Positions 51,480 through 64,000 of a stretch of 64,000 nucleotides of DNA are shown piece by piece. The notes under the pieces are model-generated. The model was given only the letters and a program-made list of their open reading frames with translations, was not told the DNA's origin and made no database searches. Source of the DNA: Lama guanicoe (Eukaryota). The stretch's first letter is position 1. Every line of letters starts with the position of its first letter. The stretch covers positions 462,934 to 526,933 of the forward strand of contig MU053520.1 in NCBI GenBank assembly GCA_013239625.1, given 5' to 3'. A program made the translations under genes and the position numbers.

Positions 51480-52150
51480 AGCATTCATGCTCAGTGAGTG
51501 AGTTTTATTTGCATCCCAGTAAACTTGATTATCAGTGACATGAGAAAGCCCAGAAAACAAGCTTATCAATTTCACAGATGCTGTGTAGGTGGAAGGAATA
51601 TCTAAGACGTATTAATAACCATTAGAAATCTTAATATTTATTATCTAGTATAACTTAAGAAAAGATTTCAAACAGTTTATTACAACATATTTTCTTCTGG
51701 TTCTTAATAAATAGTCAAATATCTTAGGAAGGGCTGGGATAGATCTGGCTTAAAAGCTGGTAATAGAATGAGGTAAATAAACAAGGGAAATGTGGATATA
51801 ACCCTGACAGCACATTTGGTGAGGCAACAGTGTAACAGAACTCCTCATAATGTCAGTTCTGTCTGTGAGGAAGGGAGGCAGCCAACCACACTGCCCTGCA
51901 CTGGACAGGCTCTGCATCGAACACTGTCCTCAGGTGCTCTGAATTTGAAGTTCACTTTCCGAAGAGCGTAATCTTCATGATGAAGTGTACAAAAACCATA
52001 ACATACCCTTTATAATATACAACCTGAGGAAATGTTGTCTAGAAACAGTGAGCATGAGCACAGTGTAATTATTCAAGATCTGCCATGTAGAAATTATGGA
52101 TTGGAATCCAGGTATCCAGTTGTCTTTCCAGGATAGGCATGAGGCAGATA
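51480..52150 (+). mobile_element. CR1/L3 LINE ORF2 (RT C-terminal) fossil
   Basis: ENKLINFTDAV*VEGIS at 51553-51603 (cf. LIKFADDTKLGG); degenerate equivalents of REVIVPLYSALVRPHLEYC and CHVEEGLD further on. Confidence 0.65.
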
Positions 52151-53818
52151 TTAGGAGCTGAGGCAGCTAATTAGTGGCTCAAAGAGCATAGGACAGATGA
52201 GCTAGGATCAAAGGCAAATGACTGGACAACCTGACACATGGATTATTGTCAGAGTCTTGTTTTTAACCTTTTTCTGTGCTTTAAAGATTGGCATGTATCC
52301 CATTTATAAGGTAAGGACAAATACATACATAGAAGTAGGAGAGATAAGAAAAAATGCTCATAAATAAATCTTAAAAAGTATTTATTTTTTTTCCAGTAAT
52401 TTTTTATAAAACATCTAAAAATTTCCAAAAATGACTGGAATACAAAGAAGACATTATATGTAGTGGGGGACAACTGACTAGGTCCAGTTCCTTGCACTGG
52501 AAACCTGAGTAGTAACTAGTACTATCAGGGAGGTCATAGAATAAAATCCCAGTTTGAGTGAAAGTTTGTATAAGAGGACTTAACATCATTTCCCATTCAA
52601 AAACTCTCTGTCTTTCCTCAACTTACAAAAGGGACAGAATTTTTTCCAGTTAACACAAATCACAACTATACTCTGAAACCTTTTGAAATGTTGCATTATA
52701 GAAATGTTTAAGTAAAATAATTCTGTATATTTATGTTTATTATTTTTATGTGGAAGAAAACAAATGAGCTTTGTTTTTTAACTGTTAAAAAACCTTTCTG
52801 TTGTTTGACAGTAACCTAGCACAGACTCAGACCACTTGAATTAAATTCTGAGTTCCAATGTGTTCTAGCTTTGTGATCTTTAACAAGTTAGATAACTTTG
52901 ACAAATCAATAATTGTACTCTGAATTGAATGAGATAATACTTTAGAAAAATATCTGTCATGTGGTAAGCACATAAAGGTTGGCTGAAATTGTCATTTTAA
53001 ATGAAATGATATTAATATATCTGAGAAGTATATTTAATATGGCTAATATATGTAATTTATAATGCATATTAATGTATTCTCTTCATGTATAACTTTTTTA
53101 ACGTCCAAATGTATTCCATTGATTACTGGTCAGATTTAAGGATGTTCTTTCTGGGTGGAATAGTTGAGTGGTCCAGAAAATAGAAAGTCCACTAAGTTAC
53201 TGATAATTTTTACTCAGGGCTATTATAAAAGTTCCAAATAGTTAAATATATCCTCAGATTATTTACTTCAGTATTTAGAAACATTTTATACTAAAAAGTT
53301 TAATGAAATAAAATATAACTGTAAGTCATCAGCAAACAACAGGATGAATTTTCACAAAGTGAACACTCATGCAACAGTTAAAGAAATCAAATAGTCTTAA
53401 TGCTCCCAAAATTTGGTCCATGATCCCTCCCAGTCACTACCTCTCCAAAGGTAGCAAATATTTTAATTTTTATGAAAGTAAATTATTTCTGGCTGCTTTT
53501 GGATTTTATAAATATAAAGATGAAACTATTCAGCATGAACTCGTGATTAGATTTTACTCAATATCATATTAGTTATATTCATTCATGTCATTGCATCTTG
53601 AAATATTTAATTCATTCAAATATCTGTAGGTATTCCTTTGCATGACTTTGCTACATTTATTTATTCATTCTCCTGTTGAAGGAAATTTATGTTGTTTTCA
53701 GTTTCGGCTATTTTCAATAATCTTCCTATAATTATTTTTATACTTGACTCTTAATGAGCATATATTTTCTGTTGACACTATTCCTAGTAATAAAATGCCA
53801 AGTCATAGCATATGTATA

Positions 53819-54430
53819 TGATAGAAGAAATTTTCACAAATTGAGGTATGGGGAAGACATTCTGGCTTATACATAATTTGACTTAAACTTTATGCTAACT
53901 TAAACAGCTTGTTTGTGACCTGTCAAACATACACCTGCTTTAACCGTTAAAGAAAATAATACATTTAAAAAATCAAAATGGAGTAATTGTGGCTCAGGCA
54001 TCCAAAATGGGGCTGAGTGGCCATTGTGGGTGTAGTTTCAGACACATTCCTACATTACTGAGAATTTAAATTTTCAGAACTGTGCCAGACTCAAGGATAC
54101 CACCAGCCATGCTCAAAACAATATCTGCTAGCATCTGCCTGCCGGTTCCCACCTTATGATCTTAAGTTCTCCCCTTATAACTGTGTAACCATTCTGGACC
54201 CCATCCAATCCTTGCTTAACAAGTGCCCTTGTTTCTCGCAAGCTCCAATTATAATTCTTCACAAACAACTTGTGTAATTTTGTGTTCTTTGCCTTTGAAA
54301 GTAAATATCACTTTGTAGTCTGGCAGAGTACAATTTACTTCTGTTTACTGGACTATAGATTTCAGTTTGGCTGAAACAAAACTATTTTCTATTCTTATTA
54401 TAGACTGGTTATTGACTATTTCTATTGACA
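53819..54430 (+). mobile_element. Solo ERV1-type LTR nested in an antisense old L1
   Basis: TGATAG...TTGACA termini; the flanking L1 ('gtcatagcatatgtata|...|cacatattcagctttag') is continuous across it; TSD degenerate (tata/caca). Confidence 0.65.
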
Positions 54431-55380
54431 CACATATTCAGCTTTAGTAAATACTGCTAAACAACCTTCCAAAATGGTTGTACCAATTAACACTTCATCA
54501 GCAATGTATTTGAGTCCAAGTTTAACATCAGTGGGATGAAGATGTATATTCTTCTCATAAGGTGCACAACAAATCCTTGAAACAATGATGCAACCTACCA
54601 TACCTTGGTCATAGCTTTTGAAAACAAACGTGTATTAAATTATTTTTCTAAGATAACTTTCTTCCAGTGCATATTAAAATACTACCTCTGAACTGGGCAC
54701 TGAGTTCATATTTCCTTGTCCACAATGGTCCATTTTTAGGAGATATTATTCTTGGATTTAGGATTCTTCATGTTTTTAGACTTTTTATGAAAATTATTAT
54801 GTTCATATAGTTTATTTTGGTGCCTCATTAAAATAAAATAGTGAGAATGATAAGAGGTTCCTCCGTCATTTATTGCATTCTTACAGGGACTCTGGGACTA
54901 TGCTAGAAACTAGGAATAATACGATTTAAAACATTGGAATCCCAACTCTAGTGAAGGGAACAAATAAACTACTATCATTCCAATACTTACATTGATTGTC
55001 ACAGTCAAATGCAATGAATGATAAGTGAGAATCTTTACTGATATAAGATAAAAGAGGGAAAATACAATAAAGACTGTGGAAAGAGGAAAGTTCTGAGCTG
55101 AATTTAAAGGGTGCAAAAGACCTTTAGCTAAATGTGTATCATTTTTACTTTCCCAGTTACATAATGTACCCCTCCCCCCACTTTTTGGGTAATTTTCTCC
55201 CTTAAAGTTTTTTTCCCCCCAAATTGCAACAGTAGTATGAGGAGTATTTATTACACAAAGAAGATAACACAATCGAAAGGTAAACAAAGGCAAAACAGCA
55301 ACAAACTTTATCTCCCATCACTAAATTCCACTCCACCTCATCCTGTAACTCCATTCAGGGTTAAAATCCTTGTTAGACTG

Positions 55381-55814
55381 TGTCAGTTGAGGCTGCAAAG
55401 AACAAAGAGCATTATTTGAGGTCTAAGGAATTGCAATTTGGGAGATACAGATTTGGGTAAAACTGAGAGTATCTGGGGAAGAGAAAGATTCCGGGGCTTA
55501 TAAAGGGAAATGCTACAAAATTGTTAAAGTTGTCTTTCAAAAATTATGATTGGCTTTGATGCAAGAAAGAAATATTTGTTCTTAAGGGATAGGCTATCAT
55601 TAGTTATCTAGAGTAAGAGTGTGATAAGTATCTTGAGTTTCTGCAACATTGTGTAGATATTTTGGTTGCCTGCATTAAGGCAATAAGTGTTCAAAAATTA
55701 ATACTCCAACTGGGCTGAGACATGCTAAATCCTACTTCCCCATTGGCCTCCCAGCTCCATTTTAGAGAGCTCTGTTAGCAATACCAACTGCATGTTTTTG
55801 ATTTTCCTTTCACA
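55381..55814 (-). mobile_element. Solo ERV1-type LTR
   Basis: TG...'tttcaca' termini; 'gaattgcaatttgggagatacagatt' and 'ggcctcccagctccatttta' resemble MER4-group LTRs. Confidence 0.55.
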
Positions 55815-55979
55815 ACATGTTCCACAACCTTTCTGTATTTGTGAATCCACATTAAATAGAAACCTGAGATACATGTAGTTTCTGAAACTATATGTGTGTT
55901 TTAAGAAGCCTTAAGGTTTTGTTTGCTTGCTTTTATTAAAAAAATAATAATCATGCCACCCATATTACTTAGTGGATTG

Positions 55980-57500
55980 CTCTTATATTGCCTGTAAAAT
56001 TTCATTTTCATATTGTTACATTCCATATATACAAGACAATATATAGAATATATATGTAAGATATGAAAATTAATGATATTCTAACAGCTGTTAACAGCTT
56101 TGGAGCCTTTAGGCACTCTTCTTCAGTTACATCTCCTATCTCTTTTCCCCACCCAAAGCCATACTGCTCCCAATAGAAAACCACTGTCTTTAATTTTGAA
56201 CAACTTATTTTTATTATCTTGCAATATGTCATAAACATCTCATGTTGGGAGATACTAGCTCTTTTTATCTATTTTTTATCAATATGTGTACACATATGTG
56301 TTATTTGCATGAAGAGTATCATATTACACTTTTTATCATACATATTTTTTATCTTACTGCAGTATTTTTAAACACACTTCACACTTCTCTCTTTCCTTCT
56401 TCTTCATCCACTTCCACCTCTTCCCCCACTCATCCCACAAGTAACTGATTTTAAAGACCTGTTGTCTATGTTTGCATTTTCATACTTTGTTCTCAGTTCA
56501 TTTAACCATATCCGATTATGGTTAAAAGTTGTACATTTTACAAATATTCATACTTGTGTACAAAATGGAAATATACACAATTTTCTGTTCAAATATGCAT
56601 ATTTATCTTAAAATTTAATTTATTTGTGTTTATATATTGCTTATTCAATAGTAACTGATGGAAATTTATTATGATCCCTGATGTAACTTAAGTTTTTCTT
56701 TTGAATGGCTACAATATATCCAATATTTTAGGTCTACATAGTTCATTCAGCCAACCTCCTATTGATAGTCACTTACTCATGGTTGTTCACTTCCACTACG
56801 GACACAGCTTAATAAGTGTACATATGCATAAAGTATTCAACTAGGGCTTAGGACAGATTTCAGGAGAGGAATTGCTAGAGTTACAGTTATTCTTAATTTT
56901 AGCAAGTGTTGCCTCATACTTTTGTAAAAATGGTTTAATGTTTATATTTCCAGAAGAAAATCATGGGAGTACACTTTCCTTCATATCCCTGTCAGTAATA
57001 GTTCTTATTTCTCTCTCTTTTTTTTTAAATTTTAACCATCAACACCCTGATTCTTTTCCTTTATTTACTTTTTTGTTTGACTCTTTTTTAATTTTTGTTT
57101 TTGTTTTTTTTGTTTTCTGGTGGAGGTGATTAGGTTTATTTATTTATTAATTATTGTATTTAATGGAAGCACTGGGGATTGAACCAGGACCTTGTGCATG
57201 CTAAGCACACACTCTACCACTGAGCCACTTCCCCCTCTTATTTCTCTTTTTAAAAACTTTTGCTGCTCTGGCAGATAAAAATGACATCACATTGTTATTT
57301 TCACTTTTAAGGTCTTGATCAGTACTGAATCTGACGATCTTATTTGTATGCTGTCCATTTCATTTTCTTCTTCTGACAATTGTCTACTTTACCTTTATTT
57401 GCTCATTTTAATTTTGGGCCATTTTATCTATTTCTTGACACTTTTCTAAGAATCTTTTTGTATTATAAATATTATCTCCTGATCTGTCATTTGCTTTGCA
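55980..57500 (-). mobile_element. Old L1 (L1ME-like) fragments
   Basis: 'ttttgaatggctacaatat', 'ttcagccaacctcctattgatagtcactta', 'gataaaaatgacatcacattgtt'. Confidence 0.6.
57015..57235 (-). mobile_element. tRNA(Ala)-derived Vic-1-type SINE with extra 3' sequence
   Basis: Reverse complement gives 'gggggaagtggctcagtggtagagtgtgtgcttagcatgcacaaggtcctggttcaatccccag'; TSD tcttatttctct at 57003-57014 and 57236-57247. Confidence 0.9.
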
Positions 57501-58699
57501 ATTTTTTTCTCCAATAACATTATTTTTCTATTAATGCTTTATTGTTATAAAGAATAGACAATACCACCAAATTATTACTAAGAGCACTTGATCAAACCAA
57601 GGTTGGTATGGCATCAGCAGTGTCAATGAGCTGTCTCAAACATAGGAAGATAAAATAATTTCCCAAAGCAGAAGTGTTTATGGTTTTCTAATCTCTCAAC
57701 AAGGAAAGGGTGGCCACTTGTGATTGAGGGGGTAAAAGACGTAATGACTTAACTTTTTGGGCAGGTAATCAAAGAGATTTAGCCATTTGTCAATGTTACA
57801 CAGTTTCAAAAAAGCATCCTCTACTTCCATAAGCAAGACAATGTGTTCTTGAGCAATGCAATACATAATCAGCACAACTGGAATTAGAACAAACAGAGTT
57901 GTGTGTGCTGATAAAACCATGGTCATCACATTCTTGACCACTTGGAGATTCTAGCTCTTGAGAGCCAAACTTCAGGATTGATTAACCCCTATGAGTAACA
58001 TCAACATTAATTCCCTCAAGTAGATAAGTCTAGATATCTACTATTGTATTTTATCTATCTCATTTACCCAGATACTGTCTTTGAACATTTGTGGGAACCT
58101 AATAGCCACTAGCAAAAGGGAATGTAATTAGCATCAGAACACTAGATGAACGATATTCAATTTCATATCACTAGGAGCTATCAAAACACGATTACAACTA
58201 CACTTTACATATGCCACATTCCTTTTAAGGTGAGCAAGTCTGACCTCAGCCAATATAGACAGACCACTCTACATTCTATGGATCTCCTAGGTCATTTAAA
58301 GATGACCTATCCACAACCAGTTCAGTTGTTAACAGAACTGAAGGAATTGAGATGAAGTTTGAATATTAACCACAAAACTCCCGAATTTTGTTATATAAAA
58401 ATGGGGAAAGAGTTACTTAAGCAAATAATCAAGACAAGAGAGTAAACCTGACTTAACATGGCAAACCTTATTTAGCAGTGTTTTAGAAACTGTGCCCCAC
58501 ACTTTTCTGGACCAAGTATTTGATTTATGCTAAATGTGTGACACTTAATTTTTCAAAATGCTTTCAGTGTTGCTAATATCTCTTGTTTAACCAAAACTTT
58601 ATTTTATAATAACAAAAACAACAACCAGGAGAGGAAAAGTTAGAAATAAAACTGAGCACTTAAAGCAAGGCATTTTACATGATGAATAACCTATTTAAG

Positions 58700-58860
58700 C
58701 TACGCAAAAAGCCTGCAGAGGAATTACTTCCACTGTTTTACAGAAGGAACAGTGTAGCTCTGTGAGGCTGTGTAATTTGCTCAAAGTCCCATAGCTAGTA
58801 AATGTTAAAGCTGAAATTCAACTCCAGGGCTTTATAATTCAGGAAGCTATGCTCTATTAA
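58700..58860 (-). mobile_element. MIR SINE
   Basis: 'tgttttacagaaggaacagtgtagctctgtgaggctgtgtaatttgctcaaagtcccatagctagtaaatg...ctgaaattcaactccagg'. Confidence 0.75.
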
Positions 58861-60574
58861 ATAACCATCACCCAAACAAGCAAGCACAAACCAGCATGTG
58901 GTAAGTCTCTAGTTAAGCTTTCCTTTCAAAACCATTAAACATTAAAGGAGGTCAAGATTTGTGTAAATTTGGAGGAGAGGTAAGAAAAAAATAATTAAGG
59001 AAAACTCAAGGCAAGAGAAATATTTGGACAGAACATTGAAAAGAGGATTAGGATTGGATATGCAAAGGAAAAAGAGCACATGTAATGATGACAATAGCCC
59101 TTAGAAGTCAAACAGAAGGTAATGATGTTACTTCATCTCCATTATAAAAAAAAAAAATGGGTGTTTATTTTTCTAAATTTTGAAAGTTAACCAGATGTTT
59201 AATTTAAAGTGAGTAGAATCTAACTAGAGTTTCTTTCTTTCTTTTTTTTTTTTTTTATTTTTTTAGGTCTTAGCACAATGACAAAAGTCAACTTGACTCA
59301 TGCTCTCAAAAAGTAGTTGCTTGCCCATGCCCTCAGAAAGTAATCACAAAAGCAAAACAAACAAACAAAAGAGCATAATGATTGTTAAGCTAACGAATGG
59401 GTAGTCAGTCCAGCAAAGAAGCTGTTACTGGAGTACTGGAGTGAATAGCACATCTCTGTTGAACATATTCAGGGAAGGTGGGTAGAATGACCACATTCCC
59501 TTTAATTTACTACAAGCCTACATTTCATGTAGCTCCTCAAACTCCATAGTCAAAGAGGAAATAGATGAGAAAAAAATTATTATTAGAAATCTCATATGCC
59601 TACCCCTCCCTTACATAGGGAGAGGCAATCAAATATTTCTCTACACATTTAGAAGTATGAATAAACCACTGGTGATTACCAGCCTAGAAATGCAAAGAAA
59701 TGATTTTCAAAAAATATCTACTTTAATGCTGTCTCTTTTTATTTGAGGAAACTGAAGCTGAGACAGATGTGATGACTCAATCAGAGTTACAACTCATAAT
59801 TGGTACAACCAGGATCAATCAGGTGCTAGTCATATTTTCAATACACTTGTTATTAGATGAGTGGATGTTGGTTAACCCCTCTGCAAAAAAAAATTGACAT
59901 GTTTAGAAAAATAAACAGCATATGTTCCATTTTTAAAATTTTAATGTTTTTAAAAATTTCCTGATTCTTTTGAACTCCTATATTTGATCTTGATCCAAAT
60001 GTCTGCAATTTCTTCTGGAGCTGGAATATTTTGCCTCCTACTATAGGAATACAACTTTCTTTCTCCTTAAGATTTAATTATTTCATTTATTTTGTTCTTG
60101 ATATTTCAGTATCTTTTAGATATCAGTTACTTCTCTTAAAATGAGTCACTACACTCTCTGCAAAGGGAGTTGATAATTTATATCTGAAACCTTTTTTGTT
60201 GTTGTTGTTGCTATTCATATTCCTTCTGGCTTATGATTCTCACTTGTTGAAGTGTCTTCCTAAATAAAATAAACCAAATGGCACATAAAGATTCCTGCAC
60301 AAAGATGTTTTAATGACAGAATTATTTGTAACAATAAAAGAATTACTAAAACATATATGTTCAATGAGATCAAAATAGTTAATTATCCATGTAAAAATGT
60401 TATGCTTCTCTTAAAAGTTTCTATGAAAACCCTAGTGACGTTGAAACACACATGATAAAACTATAAGCTTTAAACAGATATTCAGTTACATAAAATTACA
60501 GACATTTCTTTTATTTGAAAAGCATTTGCAGAAAAAAAAAACTGCTTAGGAAAGTACTAACATTTTTTAAAAGC

Positions 60575-60831
60575 TTTTCAGTTTGGAATAATTTTAAATT
60601 TACAGAAAGGTTGCCAAGATGATATAGAGAGCTTCTGTGTACCCTTCACAGTCAGCTTCCCTTAACATTGACATTGTAAAGAAATTAACAAAGTTACAAT
60701 TCTATAAACTTGATTCAAATTTCATATATTTCCACTAATCCAGGAACTAAGGTAGAATACCACATCACATTCCATCAACATGTTTGCTTAATCTTCTCGA
60801 GTCTTGAAGGTTTCCTGGTATTTTCTTGTAT

Positions 60832-60876
<45 letters not shown>

Positions 60877-61340
60877 GTTCTTGAAATTTTGAAGATTACT
60901 TGTCAGGTCTCTTTTAGAATGTTTCCCAATTGGGGTTTGTCTGATTTTTGTTGTTGTTGTTGTTAGTCTAGGCTTATAGATTTTTTGGGAAAGTATACCG
61001 TGGAGGTGAAGTGCCCTTCTCATCACGACATATGGGGGTGAGAGAATTCATGATAACAACATAATTTTCACTAATGATATTAACTTTGGTCACTTGGCGG
61101 ACGTAGTGTTTGCCAAATTTCTTCACTGTAAAATTAACACTTTTCTATTTTCATACTCCATTCATTTAAAATGAGTAAGCACAGCCCACATTCAAGGCAA
61201 AGGGAGTTAAACCAGACTGCCAAGAGTGAGGTGTGTCTATAGATATTATTTGGGATACTTCTGTAAAGAAAACCCTTCCCCCACTTATTAATTTTAAATT
61301 GGTATGGGTTCATATATATGTATTTTGTTATTTGAGTTGT
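60575..61340 (-). mobile_element. L1MC4/5-like 3'UTR, containing (TTTA)n at ~60829-60873
   Basis: 'ataattttaaatttacagaaaggttgccaagat', 'ggaggtgaagtgcccttctcatcac', 'tttgccaaatttcttcactgtaaa'. Confidence 0.75.
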
Positions 61341-63259
61341 AATCGAATGCTATCTCTATGTAGTTTTTAAAAGCCTTTTTAAATGACTTAATGCTGAATT
61401 ATGCTATTATCATTGACTTCTTTTTTGTTACATTGTTTAGAATTTATCAATATATATTTTTATATTGTACAGATACCAGTTTTGTGACCAGGAACAAAAA
61501 CAAATACAAAAGACCAAAAAACAATATCTATGCTAACCCCGTAAGGACAGACTGCTGATCATATTACTCTTGTTGGACACTGCAGTATTTTTTTCCCCTG
61601 GGTTGTGTGAGCTCTAGCTGCCATGTGCCAATTTTAAGTGAGTCTCCCTCACATTGCACATAGGATGAGCTGAGGGCTGCCAGTGGGATGGTCCACAGCT
61701 GCCCCTTGGGCTTAGGCTGCATGTGTGCACTTAAGTGTTGGTTCTCACCATGGTGCTGCCTAGGTCTGTGGCAACTGAGAGTAGCAGGAGTGGGGACAAA
61801 TCCCATCTGGTCCCCAGTGTTGAAACCAGAGCTATCACTCCACACATGTTGCTGGCTGTCCACCCAGTGTCTAGCAGTCCTCCAGGAGTGGTCATGTCTA
61901 TCTCCTTCAAGCAATTTCCAAACCACTGCTCTGCAGCAAAAGGGGATCTTCTGATTGTTACCTTCTCTGATGTCTGACATTGATGAAATTGTTATCTCCA
62001 GAGTTGTTCTTATTCCATGATGATTAGAGGGATAGACATTCCTTGCACAAACGGGACGACTTATCTCATTCTACATTCAGGCCCTTCAGATAGTAAAGTT
62101 ATCGTCAAAATTGAAAGAGGTCACTCTAGGAATGCTGTGACCGTGGTTTAAAGAGTTCAAGAAAGGACATGGCTTTATGTTTTATGCTATGAAATCCCAA
62201 ATGGTAAATTTAACATGACTGGAAAATGAATTATTGTTCACATTTTCCTGAATAATTTGGATAAAATTGATTTGTGATCATCATCATCATCAAAGCAAAG
62301 TAACAACCTTGAGGGAGTCATCTGAAGTCAATGGTCACTAGTGACAGGGTTGATGATGCATTATTTAACCAGCATTAAATAAATTATATTAGGAACTGCA
62401 GAGGCAAAAGGATATATATTATTTCAACATAAACAGATTCCAAGGAGCTATGTTATTGTGAGTGATGACAGTATTGCTACCTGTATTGTGATAGGAGATC
62501 TGAAATTAGCCAGAAACTGTGCAGTTGACAAAAAATAAAACAAAACAAAACAAACACAAAATAGAGATGGTTCCTAGACTAGACAGGAAAAGATGGTACT
62601 TGGATACTGCAAAGATTCTTCATATGTACTTGCTAATAGGACAGTAAAAAAAGAAATGAATGCATGCCTTTTCTTTACCATTTTGCTAAGCGTTTATCAA
62701 TAAATCACTACACCTCACATGGCCCATGAATTTTATGATGCACTGTTTAATTAAAGTGCTTGTGTATTGAAGGAGCCTTGGGGCCCAGCACACTCAAGAA
62801 GTAGTCCTTTTTGTCCCTGTGCTGACTTCTATGCATAAATTCCAAAACAGCATATTTTTATGGCAGTCCTTGAGTACATCCAGTGTATGATGGTTTTGTC
62901 TCTGGCTTAATCATTGAAGGAAAAGGAAGATTATCAGCTATGTTTCAGTTTAACCATTTATTCTTTAACAGAGAAGACAGAGGAGGATCACTTCCTTTTC
63001 CGTTATAAATGTCCTAGAGTTTGCTGTGGTTTGACATCTTGTATTTCACTGAAGAAGAAAACCACTATCCTTGTTAGAGAACCCTCTACTGACTTGTGAT
63101 GCTGGGGAATTATGAAAATGTGATCTCATTGGAGTTTTAACTAGATATTGTGTTGGACCAGATCCTGGTGCAGCTGTATGCAGAGTGCTCCTTCTCCAGG
63201 TAAAACACCACTTAATTACAATTGCATGAAGACTGTGATAGATGAACTCAGCAAAGAGA

Positions 63260-63930
63260 TGTGTAGAAATTAGACAAGGTAAAATATATTAAAAAGCATT
63301 TAACTTCACAAGTAAAGCAATCTAATATAAAGTGTATTTTGCTTACTGCTTTGGCAAAGTTTAGTTTTTTAAATATTTATCATTGGTAAGCATGTGAGGA
63401 AATGGCCTCTGATTCATTGCAGGCAGGAATGTAAATAAGTTTTTGGAAGGGTAATTTGGATAAAGCTATCAGAAGATTTAAAATATACATATATTTTAGT
63501 TTAACAATTCTACTTCTAGGTAGATATACTCAGTGATATTTCTGTAAAAGTTGAGGTAACTATAATTAAATCAAATCCAAAGGAGAACTAATCTAAATGC
63601 CAAAATAAAATATTACTTATAAATTATATTTTCATACTATCAAGTTTTCTGCAGATATCAGAAATAATGTAAAAGTATCTGAAATTTAGGGAATATAATA
63701 TAGTTCAATAAAAATAGTGAGTTACACCAGTAAGACACATTATTAAAATATATGTGACATATATGTATATATATACAAAAATATTATTTAGCAAAATACT
63801 AACTGTGGTTTTCTCTATATGATGACATTGTGATTATATTCTATGATTATTTTGGTTGTGGGCTTTAAAATTTTTATTTTCTGAATTTTCTACAATGAAA
63901 ATATAGTACTTTTATAAACCAAAAAAAAAA
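63260..63930 (+). mobile_element. Old L1 (L1ME-like) 3' fragment
   Basis: 'tcattgcaggcaggaatgtaaa...ttttggaagggtaatttgg', 'acaattctacttctagg', 'aattttctacaatgaaaatatagtacttttataa'. Confidence 0.65.
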
Positions 63931-64000
63931 GCTATGGTTATAAAAACTTTTATAATCTAAGAAAACTATGTGTCATAATTCTTAAAGCCATTAACTTTTC

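Noticed and set aside
1..64000. Host protein-coding gene, CRISPR array or prokaryote-type system
   Set aside because: The ORF-track entries are short, low-complexity or TE-derived; I found no exon chain with recognisable homology and no repeat-spacer array; the sequence is mammalian

Overview
AT-rich, gene-poor mammalian genomic DNA, most likely from a camelid (alpaca/llama/camel), based on two tRNA-Ala-derived Vic-1-type SINEs and a camelid-type L1 3' end; both are recognised from memory, not by database search. I find no supportable host protein-coding exon, RNA gene or CRISPR array. The window is dominated by transposable elements. These include a nearly full-length but inactivated L1 (~42.8-49.5 kb), a young 5'-truncated L1 with a 17-bp TSD (39.5-40.9 kb), two 5'-inverted L1s, and a two-LTR non-autonomous ERV1 provirus (29595-34102) carrying a non-viral 3'UTR-like insert. 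There are also several solo LTRs (ERV1, ERV2-like, MaLR, ERVL), an ancient CR1/L3 fossil that retains ORF1 esterase sequence, and L2/MIR/DNA-transposon remnants. I see no evidence of a new biological system. The best observations are retrotransposition signatures: a SINE and an L1 each carrying extra 3' sequence inside their TSDs, twin-priming inversions, and nested insertions. Repeat subfamily names are from recall, and boundaries of old elements are approximate.
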